Positions 1-7,392 of a DNA stretch of 12,538 bases are shown here, one piece after another. Every line of letters starts with the position of its first letter. Positions within the stretch are counted from its first letter, which is position 1. The notes under the pieces were generated by a model, which ran no database searches, had not been told where the DNA came from, and saw nothing but the letters and a program-made list of their open reading frames with translations. Source of the DNA: Polyangiaceae bacterium (GTDB taxonomy: Bacteria > Myxococcota_A > Polyangia > Polyangiales > Polyangiaceae); assembly GCA_044222475.1 (NCBI GenBank), contig JBGANF010000003.1, positions 143,667 through 156,204 of the forward strand. Reading direction: 5' to 3'. Both the position numbers and the translations under genes were made by a program.

Positions 1-1
1 C

Positions 2-727
2 CTCGCCGACGTCGGCGACGTGCGCTCCGAGGGCCTCGCCCGCACGCGCCGCGGCGCCGTCCTCGCGGCGCTCGCGCGCACCGAGGAGGCGGAGACCGAG
101 CTCGACGCCGCCGAGCGGACGTTCGCCGCGCTCGATGATCGCGTCGCGCTGGGGACGGTCGACGTCGCGCGCGGCTTCGTCGACCTCGCGCGCTGGATCG
201 GCGCGAAGGCGCTCGGGCGCGGCGACGAGGAGCGCCGCCTCCTCGACGAGCTCGACAAACGCATGCAGAATGCACGCACATCCGGCGGCGCGTCCACCGC
301 GTCCGACGATGCGCGCGCGTTCCTTCGCCTGCTCGACGCCGCCCTCGCGCGCCTCGCGGCGGGCGCCGTCCCGGAGGTGCCGCTCGACGACGGCGCGCTC
401 GTCCTCGGACCCGAGGCTCGCTTCTACCGGCCGCCGAGCGGCGCGTTCGAGGATCTGCGAACCCGCAAGGCGGCGCGCGCGCTCCTGCTCGCGCTCGCCG
501 ACGATCATGCGGGCGGCGCGCGAGGGCTCACCGTCGCCGAGCTCTACGAGGCCGGCTGGGCTGGCGATCGCGCGACCGAAGAGGCAGCGGCGAACCGCGT
601 CCACGTCAACCTCGCGGCCCTTCGCAAGCGCGGCCTCAAGCGCCACATCGTGCTCCACGGCGATCGCTACGCGCTCGACGCGAAGCTCCGCATCCAGCGC
701 ATCGTCAGCGACTGGCCGGGCGGCTGA
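2..727 (+). CDS. 3' part (5'-truncated) of a helical-repeat (TPR-like) regulator with a C-terminal OmpR/trans_reg_C-like winged-helix domain; probably a myxobacterial STAND-ATPase/TPR-type regulator
   Basis: Frame open from base 2 (LADVGDVRSEGL...) to TGA 725-727 with high GC3. Ala/Leu-rich amphipathic helices are followed by 'LTVAELYEAGWAGDR...AAANRVHVNLAALRKRGLKRHIVLHGDRYAL', resembling a winged-helix recognition helix and wing. Any NTPase domain would lie outside the window. Confidence 0.7.
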   Translation, partial: LADVGDVRSEGLARTRRGAVLAALARTEEAETELDAAERTFAALDDRVALGTVDVARGFVDLARWIGAKALGRGDEERRLLDELDKRMQNARTSGGASTASDDARAFLRLLDAALARLAAGAVPEVPLDDGALVLGPEARFYRPPSGAFEDLRTRKAARALLLALADDHAGGARGLTVAELYEAGWAGDRATEEAAANRVHVNLAALRKRGLKRHIVLHGDRYALDAKLRIQRIVSDWPGG

Positions 728-2443
728 CTACTTGCAGAACGCCTGATTCCCTCGCGGGCCCAACGCGTCCTCGGTGACCGCGCGCTGCGCGCACGGCTCG
801 TCTTCGCTCCACGCGCGCCACTCGGCCTCGCGCCCTTGCGCCTTCGCGTAGGCGCGGAACGCCTCGTAGCCGTCGCCGCCGGGCTTCGCGGCGAACACGG
901 TCGGCTGGACGCACTTCTTGTCGGCCGCTGCTTTCGCCTGCTCTTCCTTCGCGAACGCGAGGATCAGATCCGACATCGCCTTCGTCGTCGTGTTCCAGCA
1001 GCACGTCTTCGACTTGGCGTAGTCGAGCTCGGCGTAGGTGTAGTCCTCGAGCGTGCGCCACTTCGCGTCGACCGCGGCGCGATCCATCGACAGTCGATCG
1101 GCTCCGAGCGCGTAGAGCTTGTCGAACGCGTCCTCGCGGTTCGTTCGCGCGGAGCAGCTCGCGGGGTGCTCGCGCAAGTGCTGGCGCGCCGTCTCGATCC
1201 GCGCGACGGCGGCGTCGCGCTGCTCCTCCGGAGTTCCCTCGGCGAGGAGCTGCGCGAAGCGCGCCGGGCGCACGACGATCCGTGCGACGTCCGTCGCCGC
1301 GATGCGCACCTTCGCGTCGGCCGCGCTCACGTCGTTGACCCAGCGACCGCCCGACTGAACCGGCGTGCGGAAGCGGCGGATCCCGCCGCCGAGCTTCGCG
1401 TACGGATTCCCATCGGAGTCCTGACCTTCGCCGCCGGTGTACGGGTTGGTGAACGACCACTTGCTCTGCTCGGGCCCATCCCACCGCGGTTGACGGCGCG
1501 GCATCGAACCCGAAGCGACGTCGATCGCCAGGTGCTCGCCGGCGGTCGGCTCGACGTGGATCACCGGGATCGTGTGGCCGATGCCCTTCTTCTGCCAGCG
1601 CTCGAGCAGCACGTCACCGGCGCTCGTCGCCTCGGGCACGATGTGGATCATGTTCGACGGATCGGCGAGGTTGACGCTGCCGAAGTAGAGCATCATCAAG
1701 CGCGCGAAGTAGCCCACGCGCTTGTTGAGGAAGAGCTCGTCGAAATACGCGCCGGCACCCGCGCCTTCTTCGGCGAGGAACGAGGCGCCGTCGTCGCTGC
1801 CGAGGTGGAGCTTGCGGAGCTTCGCGTCGGTCGGCCACGCGGCGCCGTCCTTCCAGCTCTTCTCGTAGTCCTTGTACGAGATCCGAAACGAGGGGAACCC
1901 AGCGATGGTGCGGCCGTCGGAGTCGACGAAGCCGAAGTGGCCGGCGAAGAGCGGCGCCTTCGCCTTCGCGTTCCATCCGGTGAGGAAGAACGGCAGGTGG
2001 TACCAGGACGAGAACGTGATGCGCAGGAGCATCGCGACCTCGGCGCACTCGAGCACCGGACCGGGGAGCACGCGGCTCCCGTAAGGCGTCGGGATCTCGA
2101 TCGTGTCGCCGTAGCCCACACCGGGGATGCGCTTCATCGCGTTGACCCACGCGGCGTACTTCTGCTCCCACGTGAGGCCCGAGCTCGCGCCCCACGCGAC
2201 GCCCGGCAGCTTGGCCGCCGTCGTCGAGGTGTCGCCCCATGCGTTCGTGACCGACCAGACCTCGGTCGAGGCGCCGGAGATGACGACGGGGCCGCGCATG
2301 CCGTCGACCAGAGCGTCGGGGACGCTGTCGAGCGGCTCGTCGAGCGGAGCCTCTTCGTCGGTCGCGGCGCTGCACCCCATCGCGGCGATCGGCAGGAGAG
2401 CGAGCCCGAGGACCAGGCCCCAGCGGTTCGATGTGAGCACCAT
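728..2443 (-). CDS. Secreted lipoprotein (571 aa) with a putative papain-like/NlpC-P60-related Cys-His catalytic domain and a Cys-containing helical C-terminus
   Basis: The 753-aa track ORF overlaps the opposite-strand gene. The plausible start is ATG 2443 (MVLTSNRWGLVLGLALLPIAAMG-C24, signal peptide plus lipobox). Motifs LECAEVAMLLR (Cys133, 2045-2047) and AGDVLL...GIGHTIPV (His290, 1574-1576). The TAG stop at 728-730 abuts the convergent TGA. Confidence 0.75.
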   Translation of the reverse strand: MVLTSNRWGLVLGLALLPIAAMGCSAATDEEAPLDEPLDSVPDALVDGMRGPVVISGASTEVWSVTNAWGDTSTTAAKLPGVAWGASSGLTWEQKYAAWVNAMKRIPGVGYGDTIEIPTPYGSRVLPGPVLECAEVAMLLRITFSSWYHLPFFLTGWNAKAKAPLFAGHFGFVDSDGRTIAGFPSFRISYKDYEKSWKDGAAWPTDAKLRKLHLGSDDGASFLAEEGAGAGAYFDELFLNKRVGYFARLMMLYFGSVNLADPSNMIHIVPEATSAGDVLLERWQKKGIGHTIPVIHVEPTAGEHLAIDVASGSMPRRQPRWDGPEQSKWSFTNPYTGGEGQDSDGNPYAKLGGGIRRFRTPVQSGGRWVNDVSAADAKVRIAATDVARIVVRPARFAQLLAEGTPEEQRDAAVARIETARQHLREHPASCSARTNREDAFDKLYALGADRLSMDRAAVDAKWRTLEDYTYAELDYAKSKTCCWNTTTKAMSDLILAFAKEEQAKAAADKKCVQPTVFAAKPGGDGYEAFRAYAKAQGREAEWRAWSEDEPCAQRAVTEDALGPRGNQAFCK

Positions 2444-2558
2444 ATCCCACATGTAAGCAAATCTCATACCTGCACCATAGACCAACGATTTCAATGGATT
2501 GCCAGGGCACGATGTGGGGCAATGGATCCCGCTCCGACCGGGTCGATGGACCATCGTG

Positions 2559-2564
2559 TACGAT
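2559..2564 (+). promoter_or_regulatory. Putative -10 hexamer (TACGAT) 6 nt before ATG 2571; leaderless-type promoter
   Basis: TAnnnT match in a lower-GC divergent intergenic region; no Shine-Dalgarno before the ATG. Confidence 0.45.
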
Positions 2565-2570
2565 CGCTGG

Positions 2571-4196
2571 ATGGGCCGGCTCGGAGCATCCCTCGTCGGC
2601 CTGATCCCGCTCACCGCGATCGTCATCGCGGTGAGCTGCCGCGACGCGACGCAGATCACGGTCGACATCACGACCGACGTCCCATGCGTCGGCTTGCCCA
2701 ACGACGCCGGTGCCACCGCACCGGCGGAGCCCGGCCTCTTCTCCAAGAACGGCCGCGTCGCGCTGTGGCTCACCGATCCGACGACTCCGCAAACCGTCGC
2801 GCGGAGCTGCACGCCCGACGGCGCGCGCTCGCGCGTCGGCACCATCGCGATCGTACCGAGCGGCAGCTCCGACGATCGCGTCAGCGTCACGGTGGCGATC
2901 GACTCCAAGGACCCGACGCGGTCCGAGCTCTGCAACCAGACTGCACCGAGCCCCGATTGCATCGTCGCGCGACGCACGGTGGGCTTCATCCCTCACACGC
3001 CGCTGACGCTTCCCATTCACCTCTCGCTCGCGTGCGCGGGTGTGGACTGCGAGAAGGGATACACGTGCGACAACGGGAGCTGCGTCCCCGCCGACGTGAC
3101 CTGCCAGAACGAGACGTGCAGCACCGACCGTGACGCGGCGATCGACGTTTCGCTCGACGTCACGACCGATCCGCGCAACGACGCCATCCTCGGCAAGTGC
3201 GACGGCGGCACGATCGGGAACGCGCAGAACTGCATGCAGTGCGGCTTCGCGTGCGCGGGTACCTGCCAACCCTGGGGCTGCCAGCTCGTCACGACCAACC
3301 CGCTCGGTACGCTCGCCAACCAAGGATGCATCGCGGTGCAGAGCGGCGTCGTCGTCTGGAGCGCGGCGAAGGGCGCCACCGGCTCGGTCTTCTGGGTACC
3401 GCGCACCGGCCCGACGTGGGGAACCGTCGAAGCGAACGTCGGCGTGGGGCCGGTCGCGTCGTCGACGGGCTTCTTCAGCTACGTCGCGCGCTCTCCCGCG
3501 GGCACCGGCGCCTCGTACGTGCGGGACCTCATCGCAGCGCAGCCGCCGTCGGCCGTGGCGAACGTCATGAAGGTCCAGCCGGCGCCCAACGGCGACCATC
3601 CTTGGGTCGCGCGCGGCTCGGCGGCGCGCTGCGCGAGCACGTTCAACGGTGGGAACGTTCACGGCATCGACTGCGAGCTCGGGTGGTTCGAGTCCTACCC
3701 GACCCCCTTCACGCACCTCGCCATCGGCAAGGCGAGCTACCTCGCGATCAACGGGGCGTCGCTCGTCTTCGGTTCGGCGGGGGCCGGCATCAGCGCGCTG
3801 TCACCCAACACGACGCTTGCGAAGCCCTCGAGCGTCGCGGCGTACGGTTCGGCCGAGGACTACGTCGTCGCGGGCGTCGACGGTTCACAGTACGGGCTGT
3901 TCAAGGTCACCGTCGACCTGAACGGCTCCAAGCTCGTCGTCACGCAGAAGCCGTTCTACTCGCAGCCGACGCCGATCACCGGCATCCACACGTTCGGAAC
4001 GTCCGTCTACTTCGCCGACGACTCGAAGCGCATCGCGAAGGTCGACTACAACGGCATCAACACCCAGACGGCGCTGGTGGTGGTGCCGAGCGTGCCCGCC
4101 GGGTTCACCGCGATGCGCGGGCAAGTCTGCCTCGACGTCGACGACGTCGCCGTCTACTACCTCGTGGACGGTCTGCCGATGCGCGCGCCGAAGTGA
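2571..4196 (+). CDS. Cys-rich myxobacterial-type lipoprotein (541 aa): N-terminal beta domain, disulfide-rich linker, C-terminal beta-propeller-like region
   Basis: ATG 2571 gives MGRLGASLVGLIPLTAIVIAVS-C (lipobox). It contains 'TQITVDITTDVPC', 'CIVARRTVGFIPHTPLTLPIHLSLACAGVDC...TCDNGSCV' and 'NCMQCGFACAGTC', then blade-like repeats 'IAVQSGVVVW', 'IHTFGTSVYFAD' and 'LDVDDVAVYY'. High GC3. Confidence 0.75.
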   Translation: MGRLGASLVGLIPLTAIVIAVSCRDATQITVDITTDVPCVGLPNDAGATAPAEPGLFSKNGRVALWLTDPTTPQTVARSCTPDGARSRVGTIAIVPSGSSDDRVSVTVAIDSKDPTRSELCNQTAPSPDCIVARRTVGFIPHTPLTLPIHLSLACAGVDCEKGYTCDNGSCVPADVTCQNETCSTDRDAAIDVSLDVTTDPRNDAILGKCDGGTIGNAQNCMQCGFACAGTCQPWGCQLVTTNPLGTLANQGCIAVQSGVVVWSAAKGATGSVFWVPRTGPTWGTVEANVGVGPVASSTGFFSYVARSPAGTGASYVRDLIAAQPPSAVANVMKVQPAPNGDHPWVARGSAARCASTFNGGNVHGIDCELGWFESYPTPFTHLAIGKASYLAINGASLVFGSAGAGISALSPNTTLAKPSSVAAYGSAEDYVVAGVDGSQYGLFKVTVDLNGSKLVVTQKPFYSQPTPITGIHTFGTSVYFADDSKRIAKVDYNGINTQTALVVVPSVPAGFTAMRGQVCLDVDDVAVYYLVDGLPMRAPK

Positions 4197-4200
4197 GCCC

Positions 4201-5763
4201 TCACGGAGTGAAGCTCGCGAGCCGGCTGCAGTCGAGCAGCGGCATCGTCGCCGGGTTCTTGTAGTTCCCGTCGCACGTCGCGAGCAGCGACGCGAAGAAG
4301 CGGAAGTCGATCGCGTCGCCTTCGGGCGTGAACGCGTAGGCGCCGTCGGGCGTGCTCGACGCGAAGACGTCGTAGACCTTCGGCGCCGGCGTCTTCACGT
4401 AGCTCGCGTGCGCGGCGCGGATCTGATCGTGGACCCAGCGCACCTCGCGCCACGTGAGCGGGACGCCGGTGTTCGCCGAGAGCGCGATGAGCTTCACGAG
4501 CTTCTCGGAGTTGAGGTGCACGGGCCACTTGTTCGCCTCCGCTTGGCCCATGCCCTCCTCGATGCGCGCCGTGAGCCCGGTGAGCAGCGACTTCGCCATC
4601 GCGTTCTTCTGCGCCAGGAGCGCGTGCCTCGTCGCCGCTTCGTGGAACGAGCGGATGATCTCTCCGTTGCTGTCGTTCGTGAGCGCGAGCGACTCCAGCG
4701 GGTGCACGCCGTTGCCGCAGTCGAACGCGCCGGGGTCGGCCTTCGAGAACAGCCGCAGTGCGACCACCGCGTCGCACTCGGCGTTCCCGAGCGTCACGAA
4801 GTGCGACATCGTCTCGTTGATCGGCGGCATCCACGGGTTGCCGTTCTTGTCGAGCGTCGCGATCGACCAGGCGTCGGCTTCGACGCGCGTTGCCCACTTC
4901 GCGTAGTTGGCCTTCATCTCCGCGAGGTCGGTCTGCGTCGCCGCGCCGAAGCCGCCGGCGCAGTCCTGCAGCGTCGCGATCGCGCGGAGCATGTGGCCGA
5001 TGTCGTCCTTGGATCGCTTGTTCTTGATCCAGACGTCACCCCAGCTCGGGTTCTGTGCAATATGCACGTATTGGGTGTAGCTGTCGATGCCCGGGCGGTC
5101 CGGCGCGGTGTCGATGAAGTAGGGGTGCGCGCCGTCGTTCGACTGGATCGGCGACGGGTACGACGTCCGAGCGAGGAGCACGCCGGCCGGATCGGACGGC
5201 ATGCGCTGCATCGCGAGGATCCACGAGTTGAAGCCGCGGATCAGGCGGCGGACGATCCCTTCGAGCTTGGGCGTCTTCCACTGGCGGTACGCGAGGCACG
5301 TGCCTTCGAGCACGTAGCTCGTCCCGATGCCGTTGTTGTCGGCGCCGACGGCGACGTGGCGGAACGTGACCTTGCCGCCCTGCTTCTCGATCCCGACGCC
5401 CGACCACCAGGTGCCATACCAGTAGCGCTTCTGCGGATCCGACTGCGGCCACCCGTGGACGCGCTCGTCGACGACGTCGAACCAGCGCGTCTTCTTCAAG
5501 AGGTCGAGGTAGAGATCGGTGACCGCCGCGAGATCGGCCGGAGACACCGGCGCGCCGACCGGCGGCCTCGTGTAGGTGAACGGGAGGCCGGGCGCTTCGC
5601 CGCCGTCGGGCACGGGTCCGCCGTCGGGAGTGGTCGTCGCGTCGGGTCCAGCGGCAGCGTCCGGATCGACGGCGCCGTCCACCTGCGGGTCGTCGGGCGG
5701 GGAGTCCGCGGCCGGTCCACACGCGAGCATCGAGACGACGGCGACGAGAAGGAGGGAGCGCAT
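4201..5763 (-). CDS. Uncharacterised lipoprotein (520 aa), largely alpha-helical, possibly enzymatic
   Basis: MRSLLLVAVVSMLA-C lipobox, a Pro/Asp/Gly linker (PDGG repeats), then a globular domain with motifs WYGTWWSG, GADNNG and KNKRSKDDIGHM. High GC3; convergent with the 2571-4196 gene, with 4 nt between the stops. Confidence 0.75.
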   Translation of the reverse strand: MRSLLLVAVVSMLACGPAADSPPDDPQVDGAVDPDAAAGPDATTTPDGGPVPDGGEAPGLPFTYTRPPVGAPVSPADLAAVTDLYLDLLKKTRWFDVVDERVHGWPQSDPQKRYWYGTWWSGVGIEKQGGKVTFRHVAVGADNNGIGTSYVLEGTCLAYRQWKTPKLEGIVRRLIRGFNSWILAMQRMPSDPAGVLLARTSYPSPIQSNDGAHPYFIDTAPDRPGIDSYTQYVHIAQNPSWGDVWIKNKRSKDDIGHMLRAIATLQDCAGGFGAATQTDLAEMKANYAKWATRVEADAWSIATLDKNGNPWMPPINETMSHFVTLGNAECDAVVALRLFSKADPGAFDCGNGVHPLESLALTNDSNGEIIRSFHEAATRHALLAQKNAMAKSLLTGLTARIEEGMGQAEANKWPVHLNSEKLVKLIALSANTGVPLTWREVRWVHDQIRAAHASYVKTPAPKVYDVFASSTPDGAYAFTPEGDAIDFRFFASLLATCDGNYKNPATMPLLDCSRLASFTP

Positions 5764-5841
5764 GGGCGATGCGTACCAACGGGCCGCGCCGGGGGCTTCA
5801 GCGAGGGCGCCAAACGGTTGTGCGGTGGCGCCATGGGGGCA

Positions 5842-5871
5842 GCCCCGGACTGAAGTACTTCAGTCCGGGGC
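5842..5871. repeat. Perfect 30-bp palindrome (REP-like)
   Basis: GCCCCGGACTGAAGT|ACTTCAGTCCGGGGC: the two 15-nt halves are exact reverse complements with no spacer. It lies 2 nt past the stop of the 5874-6608 gene. Confidence 0.9.
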
Positions 5872-5873
5872 GC

Positions 5874-6608
5874 TCAACCCCCGCCGCTGTACCAGGCCAG
5901 GCGCGCGCCGAAGGTGATGCTCGGCCGGTCGAACGCCTGCGATCCGATGAAGTCGACCTGGATCGTCGGGGCGAGCGCGAAGTGCGTGTGCCCGAGGTAG
6001 AGGAAGTGCCACTCGTAGAACAGCCCGACCGAGGCGAACGACTGCACGCCCGACGCGCCGGGGTACGCGCCGTGCTTCGCGTCGAGCGAGCCGCCGCCGA
6101 TCCCAAATTGGGCCATGATGCCGAGATCGCGCAGCGACCGATGCAGGTAGAAGAAGGGGAACGCCTCGACCCGGAAGCCGCCGCCCTTCGCGGGCGATTT
6201 CCAGTCTTCGTTCTCGAGGTGGCCGATGCCGAAGAACGCGCCGAAGTTGAAGACGTCGGCGAAGGCCCCCATGAGAAAGAAGCTGCCTTGGCCGCCGTAC
6301 ATGACGCCGCCGGCGCCGTAGTAGACCGGGTCTCCGATGCGGTCGGCTTCGTTGGGGTACCCGCTGCCGGTGCCGAGGGCGAACCCGCCGGACGCGCCGA
6401 CGACGAGGCCGGCGCGACGCTCGGCTTTGGGCTCGGGTTTGGCGGAGGCGGAGGCCGAGGCCGAAGCGGTGGCCGGCGGCGCGGCCGAAGCCGAGGCCGA
6501 GGCCGAGGCCGCGGCGGGCGGACCGTCGGCGCGGGCGGCGAAGGCCGATAGGACGACCGGGATCGCGCCCGCGAACGCTAGGACGGAGAGGGCCGACGCG
6601 CGCCGCAT
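5874..6608 (-). CDS. Predicted small outer-membrane beta-barrel protein (about 8 strands, 244 aa) with signal peptide and Ala/Ser linker
   Basis: ATG 6608: MRRASALSVLAFAGAIPVVLSAFAARA-DG (AxA signal peptidase site), an ASASASA linker, then eight Gly/aromatic alternating segments (GLVVGASGGF, GQGSFFLMGAF, FNFGAFFGIG, GGGFRVEAFPF, LGIMAQFGIG, SFASVGLFYEW, FALAPTIQVDF, SITFGARLAWY) ending in a beta-signal-like strand. Confidence 0.7.
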   Translation of the reverse strand: MRRASALSVLAFAGAIPVVLSAFAARADGPPAAASASASASAAPPATASASASASAKPEPKAERRAGLVVGASGGFALGTGSGYPNEADRIGDPVYYGAGGVMYGGQGSFFLMGAFADVFNFGAFFGIGHLENEDWKSPAKGGGFRVEAFPFFYLHRSLRDLGIMAQFGIGGGSLDAKHGAYPGASGVQSFASVGLFYEWHFLYLGHTHFALAPTIQVDFIGSQAFDRPSITFGARLAWYSGGG

Positions 6609-6664
6609 GGTGGGATCTTCTAGCGCACCTCGCGCGTTTGCGTTCGGGGAATTCGCGGGGGTGA

Positions 6665-6673
6665 TGGTACGTT
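6665..6673 (+). promoter_or_regulatory. Putative extended -10 element (TG-G-TACGTT) for the SurA/POTRA pair
   Basis: TGn-TAnnnT located 11 nt upstream of ATG 6685; no SD sequence in between. Confidence 0.4.
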
Positions 6674-6684
6674 CGCGCCGCGCC

Positions 6685-7392
6685 ATGCCTCTCGTCACAC
6701 TTTCCGCCGTGTCCCTCGCCTCGGTCCTGATGTCCGCCGCGCCCGCAGCTGCGCCCACGACCGCGACCGCCGCGCCGACCGCGCCCGCCTACCGCAGCTA
6801 CGATCGCGTCATCGCCATCGTCGGTGACCGCGCCATCCTGCAGAGCGAGCTCCTCACGCGCGCCCGCCCGTTCCACGCGAAGCTCGCCGACGTCCCCGAG
6901 AAGGATCGCGCGACCCTCACGAAGCAGGTCTACCGCGAGCTCGCCGATCGCATGGTCGACGAGATCCTCGAGCGCGACTTCGCCGAGCGCAACCACGTGA
7001 CCGTGACCGCCGGCGAGGTCGACCAGGCGCTCGCGACGATCGCGCAACAGAACGGCGCCGACGTGAAGACCGTCATGGCCGAGGCCAAGAAGGTCGGCCT
7101 CTCCGAGGACGAGTACCGCGCCGAGATCGCGCGGCAGGTCCTCGAAGGAAAGCTGATCGCGATGCTCGGCGGGACGACGCAGATCCACGTCGACGACGCC
7201 GAGATCAAGGCTCGCTACGAGGACCTCAAGAAGCAGGTGAAGGATCCGAAGGACCTGAAGGACCTCTCCACCCTCGCGCCGATGATCAAGCAGCAGCTCA
7301 TCATGGAAAAGGTCGAGACGTTCCGGCGCGAGTTCGTCGCGCGGCTCCGCGTCGATACGTACGTGGAGATCCGAGTGGAGGCGGGCCAGTGA
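6685..7392 (+). CDS. SurA N-terminal/core-domain chaperone lacking parvulin PPIase domains (235 aa)
   Basis: Signal peptide, then 'DRVIAIVGDRAILQSEL', 'VTVTAGEVDQALATIAQQNG', 'GLSEDEYRAEIARQ' and 'IHVDDAEIKARYE', all typical of SurA_N. These join through a short linker to a SurA-type C-terminal helix/strand 'FVARLRVDTYVEIR'. No parvulin motif is present. Confidence 0.85.
   Translation: MPLVTLSAVSLASVLMSAAPAAAPTTATAAPTAPAYRSYDRVIAIVGDRAILQSELLTRARPFHAKLADVPEKDRATLTKQVYRELADRMVDEILERDFAERNHVTVTAGEVDQALATIAQQNGADVKTVMAEAKKVGLSEDEYRAEIARQVLEGKLIAMLGGTTQIHVDDAEIKARYEDLKKQVKDPKDLKDLSTLAPMIKQQLIMEKVETFRREFVARLRVDTYVEIRVEAGQ

Noticed and set aside
2504..2521. Sigma-54 promoter (GGCACG…GC)
   Set aside because: The GG-to-GC spacing does not fit GG-N10-GC and TTGC is absent.
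2444..2989. N-terminal 182 aa of the 753-aa track ORF
   Set aside because: It overlaps the opposite-strand lipoprotein gene and the intergenic region; the signal peptide begins at ATG 2443.
6440..6515. GCCGAG hexamer repeats
   Set aside because: They encode the ASASASA linker of the barrel protein, which is ordinary low-complexity coding sequence.
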